DNA of 64,000 nt. Origin: an uncultured delta proteobacterium (GTDB lineage: Bacteria > Desulfobacterota > Binatia > UBA9968). Shown here one piece after another: positions 1-8,688 of the stretch. Where the stretch lies: positions 320,001 to 384,000 of the forward strand of contig CAVXEP010000029.1 of the NCBI GenBank assembly GCA_963760795.1. Reading direction: 5' to 3'. The notes beneath the pieces were generated by a model that had not been told where the DNA came from, made no database searches, and saw only the letters and a program-made list of their open reading frames with translations. Numbering within the stretch: the first letter of the stretch is position 1; every line of letters starts with the position of its first letter. A program made the position numbers and the translations under genes.

Positions 1-9
1 TTCGTCGCC

Positions 10-648
10 ATGTCCATTCTGGCTTGTATTCTCGCACAGGCAGTGGCGCCACTAGGTGCAACGCGCGCTCACGAGGGTGAGCCGGCGCAGGCGGCGACTC
101 AAAAATATGTCGATGCCGAAACCGCACAACGGCTTTTCCGAATTATGACGCCACTGCTGGGCGCGATGGAGCATTCGCTTGGCCCTCATCAGGTGAGCAT
201 AGGTATCGTTGCCGACGACGCTATCAACGCCGCGAATGGCGGCGGCGGCAAGTTTCTCGTTACCACTGGTTTATTGGATCGCGCTAATGACGAACAGTTG
301 CGCGGTGTGATGGCGCACGAAATTGCCCACGAAGATCTTGGTCATGTCACTAAGCTCAAGACATCGGCAACTGGCGCGAACATGGTCTTGCTCGAACAGT
401 TGGCGGCGGAAAGCAGCGCGTTAACACTGATTGAAGGACCGCTGATAACTTTGAGTTTCACCCGCTCCGAGGATTTCCACGCCGACCAGCAAAGTGTCGC
501 AATCCTGAAGCGCGCGGGGCATCCAAAAGAAGTGGTTATCGAGGCCCTAAGCTGGATAGCAAAAAATTCGGCGAAAGCCGGTGGATTTGTTGCTACGCAT
601 TTGGATATCGGCGAACGCATCAAAATCCTGCAGGCGATGCCGAGATAA
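10..648 (+). CDS. M48-family zinc metalloprotease (possibly degenerate)
   Basis: INAANGGGG..VTTGLL..DEQLRGVMAHEIAH (HExxH). The downstream 'RSEDFHAD' has D where the third Zn ligand Glu usually lies. Start is near the window edge. Confidence 0.75.
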   Translation: MSILACILAQAVAPLGATRAHEGEPAQAATQKYVDAETAQRLFRIMTPLLGAMEHSLGPHQVSIGIVADDAINAANGGGGKFLVTTGLLDRANDEQLRGVMAHEIAHEDLGHVTKLKTSATGANMVLLEQLAAESSALTLIEGPLITLSFTRSEDFHADQQSVAILKRAGHPKEVVIEALSWIAKNSAKAGGFVATHLDIGERIKILQAMPR

Positions 649-681
649 AAAGCGGGATAATCATGACTAGGGAGGCATATT

Positions 682-1006
682 ATGAAATCGGTCAGTGGTA
701 AAATACTGGCACCGTGATCGAGAGCGCAGCGCCAATCTGATCCGAGTGCAACAAAGCCGCCGTGATCGCGATCTGGCGCGAACGGGATCCGATATCAAAA
801 GAATCGAAGGCACGGTGGAGCGGATCGATTCGCGCGATTTGTTTGAATTGCGCGAACGCTCGGGGGCAAAGATCATCGTCTCACTCCCGCCGAATGCGCG
901 TCAATCGGTTGTCGCTAACGTCGAGCGCCTGCGCCGCGGCGATCACGTGTTAGGCGAAGGCCGGTATGTCAGCCGAGAGCGCTTCGAGTTGGAGAGTTTG
1001 CTCTAG
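682..1006 (+). pseudogene. Disrupted hypothetical protein with OB-like C-terminus
   Basis: RBS GGAGG + ATG at 682 gives MKSVSGKILAP*. A protein-like segment (IEGTVERIDSR..LRRGDHVLGEGRYVSRERFELESLL) continues in another frame (695-1006). Confidence 0.4.
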
Positions 1007-1123
1007 GCAGTACGACAAGGAGATCGGCATCGGAACGGTTTCGCTTGTCGACGAGCGTACTCTCATCACCGGCCGATTCCGAAAGTTGCATAAAATCTCG
1101 GACCTTCTAGGTAAGGAGAAAAC

Positions 1124-1201
1124 ATGGCCGAGCTCACTGCTTGGTTCGTCGCTGTGCCGATATCATTAATCGCTTTGTTTCGGGTTTTTGGAGTCATCTA
1201 A
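1124..1201 (+). CDS. 25-aa hydrophobic small protein (MAELTAWFVAVPISLIALFRVFGVI)
   Basis: AAGGAG RBS just upstream of the ATG; single TM-like helix; below ORF-track cutoff. Confidence 0.55.
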   Translation: MAELTAWFVAVPISLIALFRVFGVI

Positions 1202-1618
1202 AAACACCTTTGCACGGAGCGAGTGAGAGAGTTCCAGCTCGCAGGGCGAATGCAGTCGAACCTCAGGAGCATTCCTAATGCGCTGCGGCAGTTCGCGCGA
1301 CGTTCAATATTTGCTTAACCTTGTGCTGAAGCTATGCAACAGAGCAAAACGCATAACATTTCTCCACGCTCAAAAAACCTGCGACTGAAATCATCATAGC
1401 TGATGGCGGTCCAGCGAGATCGAAAGCGAGGGCGCAGGGACTGAGGTTCAAGATTCGAACATCCATCGATGAAAACTTTACACTTTCAAGCCCGCCAGCA
1501 GAGCGCTGTACGGAAAATTCCTTCTTAGCGGAATTTTTCCTCTCGCCGGTTCCTCTGCCATCGATCTTCAGCGGAGTGTTATCCTTTACGTTACGCAATT
1601 TCTCGTGCACATCACCGC

Positions 1619-1633
1619 TGGCATTCCGATTGC
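1619..1633 (+). promoter_or_regulatory. sigma54 -24/-12 promoter
   Basis: TGGCATTCCGATTGC (GG-N10-GC), 40 nt before ATG 1674. Confidence 0.8.
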
Positions 1634-1673
1634 GAATGAAACGATGCAGCGCAGTAATAAGGAGGTTCCAGAT

Positions 1674-1898
1674 ATGAAGACATTATTAGTTCTGTTGTTG
1701 ACGGCGGTGGTGACCCAATCGGGTTGCGCCTTTCTTGGCGGCGCGGCTACTGGTGTGCTCGCGACCGGAGCGGGGTATGAGATCCAGGCGAAGCGGCAAA
1801 TGGACAAACTAGACGAGGAATTTAGGGCTGAAAGGATATCGCGGCGCGAGTATGAGCAGCGCAAGCAGCAGATCGAGAGCGGTTCGATCATTTACTAA
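1674..1898 (+). CDS. Small lipoprotein
   Basis: AAGGAGGT RBS; signal MKTLLVLLLTAVVTQSG-C; Gly-rich segment and charged C-terminal helix. Confidence 0.75.
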   Translation: MKTLLVLLLTAVVTQSGCAFLGGAATGVLATGAGYEIQAKRQMDKLDEEFRAERISRREYEQRKQQIESGSIIY

Positions 1899-1952
1899 AA
1901 ATGGCAAACGGCGGATGACTCGATTACGCGATAAAAAAGAATCGGTGAATCT

Positions 1953-2123
1953 ATGTTAAGCTATGCGCTGACTTTTTTAATCATCGGCCTGATCGCCGGG
2001 CTTGTTGGTCTGGCGGGAGTGGCTGCCGTGGCGACTCAGGTCGGCTGGATTTTGTTTGTGGTCGGCCTTGTCCTGCTGATCCTACATGCGGCTGTTCGTG
2101 GACGTGTGCCGCCAGCCACTTAG
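1953..2123 (+). CDS. DUF1328 (YtjA-like) small membrane protein
   Basis: MLSYALTFLIIGLIAGLVGLAGVAAVATQVGWILFVVGLVLL...; paralog of 5897-6064; missed by ORF track. Confidence 0.85.
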   Translation: MLSYALTFLIIGLIAGLVGLAGVAAVATQVGWILFVVGLVLLILHAAVRGRVPPAT

Positions 2124-2430
2124 GCGCGAATTCCTCCGGTAGACGGACAATAAGGCGGCCCACTTCGAAATCCGCCAAGGTATCAATTGCCAGTATCCTT
2201 GCGCTCATACGGCTCTCGGTTCTTGGGGCGGATTAATTTAAAAAAGGCCCCGCTGGTCTCGAATTCGGACTTGAGCGTGAACTTGAGAACGATCATTCAG
2301 GAGTTCGAGCCCCGCGATTTTAGGTGTCTCAAAACCCTTTGCGGCAGCGGCAAAATTTTTCGTGCGTTTACGGAGTCAAAGTCATACATCACTCTTAACC
2401 CGCGCAGAACGTAATAAGGTTTGTTTATTG

Positions 2431-3879
2431 ATGAATACAGCAACTGCGAGTGCGGCTGAGCCGGAGTCGATTAGCGAAGATGGCGCAGCGGGAAAAATCC
2501 TGATCGTCGATGATGATCGAAATCTCGTCGAGCTGGTTAAGATGAGACTTCAGGCGGCGAAGTACGAAGTTGTCGCCGCGTTGGACGAAGGGCAAGCGCG
2601 CGCAGCGATCAACGATCATGACTTCGATTTGTCCATCGTCGATCTGAAATTGTCGAATACCAGCGGACTGTCTCTGATGGAGGAATTTCATGGACTGCGC
2701 CCTGAGATGCCGGTAATTATTCTCACGGGATTCGGCAGTATCGAAAATGCCGTCGATGCGATAAAGAAGGGCGCGTACGGTTACCTTACCAAACCTTTCG
2801 ATGGACATGAATTGCTCGTACAAATCAGCTGCGCCTTGGAAACCCGCCGGCTGACGGTGGAGAACCGCCGACTCAAGGGGCTCTTACAGGAGCATTTCGG
2901 CTTTGACAACATTGTCACGCGTAGCGAGAATATGCACCGCGTGCTGGAAACCGTCGCACGAGTGGCAAAAACTGACTCCACTGTTTATATCCATGGACAA
3001 AGCGGCACGGGCAAGGAACTGATCGCCAAAGCGATTCACCTGGAGAGTGTGCGCAAGGACAAACCGTTCGTGGCGATCAACTGTGCCGCCCTGCCCGAGA
3101 CCTTGTTAGAAAGCGAATTGTTCGGCCACGAAAAGGGCTCATTTACCGGCGCCGTGCGCAGCACCAAAGGTTTGTTCAGCCAGGCTCATGAGGGAACGAT
3201 TTTTTTAGATGAAATCGGCGAAATGCCGCTGTCCATCCAAGCAAAACTATTGCGCGTTCTTGAGACGCGGCTTTTTTATCCGATCGGCAGCGATAAGCCG
3301 GTTAAAGTCAATGTCCGGGTGGTGGTGGCAACTAACAAAGATTTGGCGGAGGAAGTTAAGAAGGGGACATTTCGTGAAGATCTATTCTATCGGATTCATG
3401 TGATTCCGATTCGCCTGCCGCCGCTGAAGGAGCGCAAAGAAGATATCCCCTGTTTGATCGACCATTTTTTGAAACGCATTTGCTACCGGAGTAAGAAACC
3501 GGTGAAGACCATAACCCCGCAGGCCCTGCAACGGTTGATGCTCCATGATTGGCCGGGCAACGTGCGCGAGTTGGAAAATACCATTGAATACGGCGTCGTA
3601 ATGGCTCCCGGCGATGTCGTCGGAGAAGATCTTATGCTAGCGGGACAGACGCTCAAAAATGAGGCTGCGCTTCATCGCTCGGAAAGCGAAGCGGCGCCTA
3701 AAAACCTGAAAGAAGCGCGCGCCGCCTTTGAAAAGGCCTACCTGATCGACCTGCTCGAGCAGTGCGACGGTAAAGCCGCACGGGCCGCCGAGATCGCCGG
3801 CAAGTACCGCGCCGACTTCTACGACCTGTTAAAGAAGCACGGTATCAAAATACAAGACTATAAATTCGCCAAGCAGTAG
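2431..3879 (+). CDS. sigma54-dependent response regulator (GlrR/NtrC family)
   Basis: Receiver (ILIVDDD, DLK, YLTKP); AAA+ GQSGTGKE, ESELFGHEKGSFTGA, FLDEIGE, WPGNVRELEN; C-terminal HTH AGKYRADFYDLLKKH. Confidence 0.95.
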   Translation: MNTATASAAEPESISEDGAAGKILIVDDDRNLVELVKMRLQAAKYEVVAALDEGQARAAINDHDFDLSIVDLKLSNTSGLSLMEEFHGLRPEMPVIILTGFGSIENAVDAIKKGAYGYLTKPFDGHELLVQISCALETRRLTVENRRLKGLLQEHFGFDNIVTRSENMHRVLETVARVAKTDSTVYIHGQSGTGKELIAKAIHLESVRKDKPFVAINCAALPETLLESELFGHEKGSFTGAVRSTKGLFSQAHEGTIFLDEIGEMPLSIQAKLLRVLETRLFYPIGSDKPVKVNVRVVVATNKDLAEEVKKGTFREDLFYRIHVIPIRLPPLKERKEDIPCLIDHFLKRICYRSKKPVKTITPQALQRLMLHDWPGNVRELENTIEYGVVMAPGDVVGEDLMLAGQTLKNEAALHRSESEAAPKNLKEARAAFEKAYLIDLLEQCDGKAARAAEIAGKYRADFYDLLKKHGIKIQDYKFAKQ

Positions 3880-3912
3880 CAGCGTATCCCAATCACACCG
3901 ATGCGCGCGGAG

Positions 3913-4392
3913 TCAACCCTCGACTTTGTGCTCTTGCGGCCGCAACAAACGCAGCGAAATCACCAGCGCAACGGCGAGTCCGGTGAGGATAGCGAGTTCC
4001 CAAAGCGCATGCTGAAAAACTTGCTCGTCCGCTTTGAGCAGTTTGGAAAGCTCCGCGGTGAGCACAATGATGCGCCGGCTAACCGCGATCACGGCGACGA
4101 TCAAGAAGGGTTGCGGCTCCAAAACATGTTCGCGAAACGATACTTTGACGGTGAAAAGCAGTTCAACGATGATAATGATCAAAAGCAGTTGATCGAGTAG
4201 CGGGACAATATTGTCGGCGAGGGCACCGTCAATGATAGTGCGCCAGAAGCCGACGGCTTCAACGACGAGAAAGGCCAAGGCACTAGCGGCGAGAAGCACG
4301 GCAAGGCCTATGTAAACGATGTCTTCCCCTCTGCTGATTATGGTGGTTAGCCACTGGCGAAGGTTGTTGTCGTCTTCGGAGCGTTGGGCCAT
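3913..4392 (-). CDS. Phosphate-starvation-inducible PsiE-family membrane protein
   Basis: Four TM helices; LDQLLLIIIIVELLFTV..PFLIVAVIAVSRRII pattern. Confidence 0.8.
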   Translation of the reverse strand: MAQRSEDDNNLRQWLTTIISRGEDIVYIGLAVLLAASALAFLVVEAVGFWRTIIDGALADNIVPLLDQLLLIIIIVELLFTVKVSFREHVLEPQPFLIVAVIAVSRRIIVLTAELSKLLKADEQVFQHALWELAILTGLAVALVISLRLLRPQEHKVEG

Positions 4393-4497
4393 TTTATCCC
4401 ATTCAAGACTCGATCGTCGAGTTCGCGCGCCGTCACTCCACCTACCTTATTATTTGGTTTCGGCGTTCCTCGCGGTAGCGCTTGTAAGCTATTAAAA

Positions 4498-4512
4498 GCA
4501 ATTTGAGTGCCC
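4498..4512 (-). promoter_or_regulatory. sigma54 -24/-12 promoter for PsiE-like gene
   Basis: Minus strand GGGCACTCAAATTGC. Confidence 0.7.
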
Positions 4513-5352
4513 TTAAACCGATGGTAGATTTACTCCGGTGGTTATCTAGGAGGGCATATGAAAGGCAACTAACCAAGATTGGGACGAAGCAATGACTAAC
4601 ACGTCCTTAAAATGGGACGGTTAAGATTTATGCCGGATACGCAGCTAGGCATTGCGAAAAACAGCGAATATCGGTGTTGATAGATTATCAGTTAGGAAGT
4701 TGCGAATACCGGGCGGGTGAAAGTTTTACTTCTGAGATCGCCGTAAATAGTTATTTCACAACGGAGATAGATGTGGGTTAGTTGGTACAACTCCCCATCG
4801 ATTAACCGCGCTGTAGACGGTTCCATATTGTATCCATTAGCTGGGCACCCTTGCGCAATGGCGCGCATCAAATGACGGTCACCGTGGCCGCTACCGGGAT
4901 CGGTATCGACGCTAAAGTCTTGCCCAGGATCTTCCTCGTTTTTCACCTCCAAGAAGAGATGTGGATTGGGATCGGGGCTGCCGATCTTGCGACCGCATCG
5001 TAAAATCACACAGTGCCAGAATTAAGGTGTCGAATGAGCACGGTGTTGAGCATCACAAAACAGTCACCTTGTTTTCCATCGATCTCGGTTACTTTACCAA
5101 ATGGCAAAGCAGAGATGCGTGCCTACAAGACTGCTTTGCTTCATTACCGCGTTGATGAATTTGTTAGCCTCCTGTGCTGTCCAGCACAGCGGCCAAATGA
5201 GACTGACGACATAGGTTTGTTCTGCAGCCGCTAGCGAAATTCCTACTAGGAAGAGAAATCCCGACAGTTTGCCGAGAAGATCTGCCGCTTGACTGACGAT
5301 AAAGTGGCGCAAGAGTCTTCTAACAAAAGAGAATTTCACCAGGGTGGTGTGA

Positions 5353-5367
5353 TGGCATGACGGTTGC
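5353..5367 (+). promoter_or_regulatory. sigma54 -24/-12 promoter
   Basis: TGGCATGACGGTTGC upstream of the RBS and ATG 5412. Confidence 0.8.
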
Positions 5368-5411
5368 ACTATAGCTCGAATGCGCATGAAGCGCTGCGAA
5401 CTCAGGAGGCA

Positions 5412-5600
5412 ATGACGATGACAATAACACTACCCCAGAAAACGACGCTAGGAGAGTTGATTGCGGCAGTGACTGATGAAGTATCGCGGCTCACTCAAGG
5501 GTCGGCCAATACGAATATTCTGGTCTCGTACATCATCAGCGATCTCTTAGCCAAGCGAAGAGTGCGGCCGGAAACACGGAGAATCCTAAAAGTCGCCTAG
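5412..5600 (+). CDS. Hypothetical small protein (62 aa)
   Basis: CAGGAGG RBS and sigma54 promoter; MTMTITLPQKTTLGELIAAVTDEV... Confidence 0.7.
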   Translation: MTMTITLPQKTTLGELIAAVTDEVSRLTQGSANTNILVSYIISDLLAKRRVRPETRRILKVA

Positions 5601-5896
5601 TATTGTAGTTTTATGAGAGGGACGGCTGAACGATTTATCGCCGGTAACCGAAATGCATGTGGAGTTTTAAGCCATGCAAATGTACGTCGCACTGCAGCCG
5701 TTAGTGGCGCTAATCGCGGGAATACTGATTCTAATGATTCCGAGGTTGTTGAATTACATCGTCGCCATCTATCTGATCGTGATCGGCATCTTGGGACTGG
5801 TGCGAATGTGACGGGGTGTTTAATTGCTCGACCGCGTCGGCGATCAAGCAAGCTCAGAAAAGCGAAAACAAATTTCGCGGAAAGGAGGACATGTCG

Positions 5897-6064
5897 ATGT
5901 TAAATTGGGCTGTAACTTTTCTTGTGATTGCGCTCATCGCCGGCCTGTTGGGCCTTAGCGGTGTGGCAGGTGCGGCGACTCAGATCGCCTGGATACTGTT
6001 TGTAGTGTTCTTGATCCTGTTTCTCGTGGGCTTGGTCATGAACCGAAGACCACCTGTCTCGTGA
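5897..6064 (+). CDS. DUF1328 (YtjA-like) small membrane protein
   Basis: AGGAGG RBS; [42 protein letters not shown]. Confidence 0.9.
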   Translation: MLNWAVTFLVIALIAGLLGLSGVAGAATQIAWILFVVFLILFLVGLVMNRRPPVS

Positions 6065-6128
6065 TAGCCACGAAAGGCACGACATGTGGAGGCTTAAGCC
6101 AAACCCTCGTAGCCACCAACTGCCCCAG

Positions 6129-6168
6129 GGTCCCGGTTTCCTCGCCGTTGGGCGATGAGATCGGGACC
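6129..6168 (+). terminator. GC-rich hairpin, possible terminator
   Basis: GGTCCCGGTTTC-cTCGCC-gttg-GGCGA-t-GAGATCGGGACC after the DUF1328 gene; weak U-tract. Confidence 0.45.
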
Positions 6169-6424
6169 TCCCTCCTTGATCGCTTAACTTACAAAAGGCG
6201 GTGAGATCCTAGTTGGTTGCTACGAGGAATATCTCAGACCCACAGAGCAAAGGATTTACAAAGACGAAAGCTAAAAACCTAAGTCCGTAATGTGCGTGCT
6301 TCATCAGGCTCGTCTGCGCCGTATCCGTTTCTTGTGTAAATAATGATCCTGCTATGACAAGTCATCCGACGAATCAAACTTTATAATTGCTAAATAAGCG
6401 ACCGCTTTATAAATCCGACACCCT

Positions 6425-6439
6425 TGGCATCGTATGTGC
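6425..6439 (+). promoter_or_regulatory. sigma54 -24/-12 promoter
   Basis: TGGCATCGTATGTGC upstream of PRC-barrel gene. Confidence 0.7.
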
Positions 6440-6510
6440 GTTTTACTGGTTGGTAGGAAGTAGCAGGCGTGACGGCGGCTAACAGTAATCGCGGAAAAGG
6501 AGCAGAGACC

Positions 6511-7257
6511 ATGCTACGAAAAATGAAAGATCTGAAGGGTTTAGCAATCGGCGCTAAAGACGGTGATATCGGTGAAGCAAACGACTTCATTTTCGACGAT
6601 AAGAACTGGACGGTTCGCTACTTAGTGGCGGATACAGATCGCTGGCTGCCTGGACGCAAAGTCTTGATCTCACCCATCGTCATTGATCGAGCCGATTGGG
6701 ATGGCAAAAGGCTTCCGGTTTTGCTGACCCAGGAGCAAGTAAAGAACAGTCCGGACATCAGTATGGACGAAAGCCTATCTGCGCAAGATGAAATTAAATA
6801 CTACGACTATTACGATTGGCCGTATTATTGGACGGGTGGAGAAATTTGGGGTCCCGTGACTTTGCCGCAAGACCTCATTGCCGAAGGAATTAACAGAAAG
6901 ATCGCGTTGACCGAAGAGATTAACCGGTCGCATTTGCGCAGCATGAAAGATGTGGCTGGGTATTCGATCCAGGCCACCGACGGGGAAATCGGACATGTCA
7001 ATGATTTCGTACTTGACGATGACAGCTGGACCATTCGTTACATAGTCGCCGACACACGCAATTGGTTACCAGGTAAAAAGGTGCTCATTTCTCCGCAGTG
7101 GATAGCGCACGTCGATTGGAAGGATTCCAACCTGTACGTCAATTTGTCTCGGCAGGCGATCAAGAGCGGTCCCGAGTACGACCCGGAAAGGCTCAATCGC
7201 TCGTATGAGACGGAACTCTACGGGCATTACGGTCAACCCAACTATTGGTGGTGTTGA
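6511..7257 (+). CDS. PRC-barrel domain protein (two tandem barrels)
   Basis: Internal repeat G..I.A.DG.IG...DF..DD..WT.RY.VADT..WLPG.KVLISP; AGGAG RBS. Confidence 0.9.
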   Translation: MLRKMKDLKGLAIGAKDGDIGEANDFIFDDKNWTVRYLVADTDRWLPGRKVLISPIVIDRADWDGKRLPVLLTQEQVKNSPDISMDESLSAQDEIKYYDYYDWPYYWTGGEIWGPVTLPQDLIAEGINRKIALTEEINRSHLRSMKDVAGYSIQATDGEIGHVNDFVLDDDSWTIRYIVADTRNWLPGKKVLISPQWIAHVDWKDSNLYVNLSRQAIKSGPEYDPERLNRSYETELYGHYGQPNYWWC

Positions 7258-7456
7258 GCAGGGGAAATATAGTCTAAAAAAATAACGAGGTTGAATTTAT
7301 AAAAGATGAATTCAAAGGGAGCTGACGAAAGTCCAGAAGTCGACGTAATCCAGAACTCAAATTTAAATGACAAACACCGAATAGCTGTGTCTTCGTCAGG
7401 GGACGGCATAATCCGCCGCCTCCCCGTGAGACCGCTTGGACAGAAGGAGTTGGAGG

Positions 7457-7684
7457 ATGGATAATAACCAATTCAAAACGAGCCGACGCGAGTATAAGGA
7501 AAACGTGAAGAGGCAGTGGGGTTGGTTCCCTGACAACGATCTCCTGGAAGGCGAGGAAGATTATGACAAATTCCTCGAAGATGGGCACGAACGCGACGGC
7601 GAACAGAACGAAGTAGAGCGCTGGGTGGAGGATTGGTGTGAACGAGGTGGCTGGCGGAACAATCGGTCGGCCCACCGAGATTGA
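7457..7684 (+). CDS. CsbD/YjbJ-like stress protein (diverged)
   Basis: MDNNQFK..REYKENVKRQWG.F.DNDLL..E.DYDKFL...ER.G resembles the CsbD pattern; AGGAG RBS. Confidence 0.55.
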   Translation: MDNNQFKTSRREYKENVKRQWGWFPDNDLLEGEEDYDKFLEDGHERDGEQNEVERWVEDWCERGGWRNNRSAHRD

Positions 7685-7886
7685 GATCGAGATCCCGATT
7701 GGATTCAGCAGGCGCGGTCTGCAGATTGGCCTCGTTTTTTTGCGCCATCTGTTTGACTTCCTTCAGTCGAGGCCCGGCTTAACGATGGACAGTTATTGCT
7801 AGAGCTTCCGCAAATGAACCAGCTTCCATAACGAGCCGCAGAGCAACGCGGTCGAGGCGCCCAAGTGAAAACCCTTTCGTCACGCT

Positions 7887-8189
7887 TCACGGTTCAATTT
7901 TAGTTGCGCTATGGGAAATTCCATCGGTCTCGTGCGGAAAACAATTCCCCACAGACTTGCTGGAAGACACAATCTCCACCTCATCCGGAAATACGTAAGC
8001 ACAAATACCATTTCCCCAATGCACCTGCAGAAGGTGACGGCCAAGGTTGTCGATCTCGGAAATTATCGTACCCACCGCGGACGGCCGCACATTTCCTGCA
8101 TGGGTCCGGATTTCCCTTCTTGCTCGGCAACGCACTACCGGCACGTTTGCGATTTTATTCAAACTCTCCTTCTCGAGCAACGGCCTCAT
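7887..8189 (-). CDS. Hypothetical protein
   Basis: GGAGG RBS and sigma54 promoter upstream; beta-rich GTIISEIDNLGRHLLQVHW..YVFPDEVEI. Confidence 0.65.
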   Translation of the reverse strand: MRPLLEKESLNKIANVPVVRCRARREIRTHAGNVRPSAVGTIISEIDNLGRHLLQVHWGNGICAYVFPDEVEIVSSSKSVGNCFPHETDGISHSATKIEP

Positions 8190-8299
8190 AATTCCTCCTT
8201 CTGTCTCTAACCTTGATGAAATCTCTTTTGAAATCTGAAACCGCCATCATTGACTGACTCAAATTTCGCGCCCCCGACCTAGGGTCCATGAAAACTCCC

Positions 8300-8314
8300 G
8301 CAAGGCGCGTGCCA
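8300..8314 (-). promoter_or_regulatory. sigma54 -24/-12 promoter
   Basis: Minus strand TGGCACGCGCCTTGC, a consensus match. Confidence 0.85.
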
Positions 8315-8688
8315 TACGCGTTGAGCGTATACGAAGAGTTAATTTTGGAGCGAAATTTGTTTTGATAATCTAGTTGAAACAGGTATTTGCCCAAAGACGT
8401 CAGATGGTATACGACGGCGGTTATCGGAGAGTTTGAAACACTATATTTTGAAGATGTCCACCTTGTGAAGTCCCAACAAAGGCACTGAAAATTAAGGTTT
8501 CTCCTATCGAGGCGCGCTGATGTAGCGCGTCCCAACATAGGGATTACAGAGGTTCCTTCTGCGTGATATCCAGAAGCTGGCAACGCTTCCAGACGGCGGA
8601 TAGCGCGTGGAACAAATTGACGAAATCAGCTAAGACTAAATGGCATTGAGATCATCGACAGCGATAGAAGATTTGCCAGAGGGTTGTT

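Noticed and set aside
4692-5387. ORF-track calls in the AT-rich spacer (4692-5009, 5013-5234, 5094-5387)
   Set aside because: They lack RBS support or recognisable motifs and overlap regulatory sequence.
5813-5828. sigma54 promoter for the second DUF1328 gene (GGGGTGTTTAATTGC)
   Set aside because: GG-N10-GC spacing fits, but the -24 element is poor, so it was not listed as a feature.
6246-6370. c-di-GMP-I riboswitch look-alike (GACGAAAGCTAAAAACCTAAG...TATGACA)
   Set aside because: It lacks the GNRA-capped stem and proper P1 pairing; the partial complementarity (ATTTACA/TGTAAAT) is as easily explained by an AT-rich enhancer region.
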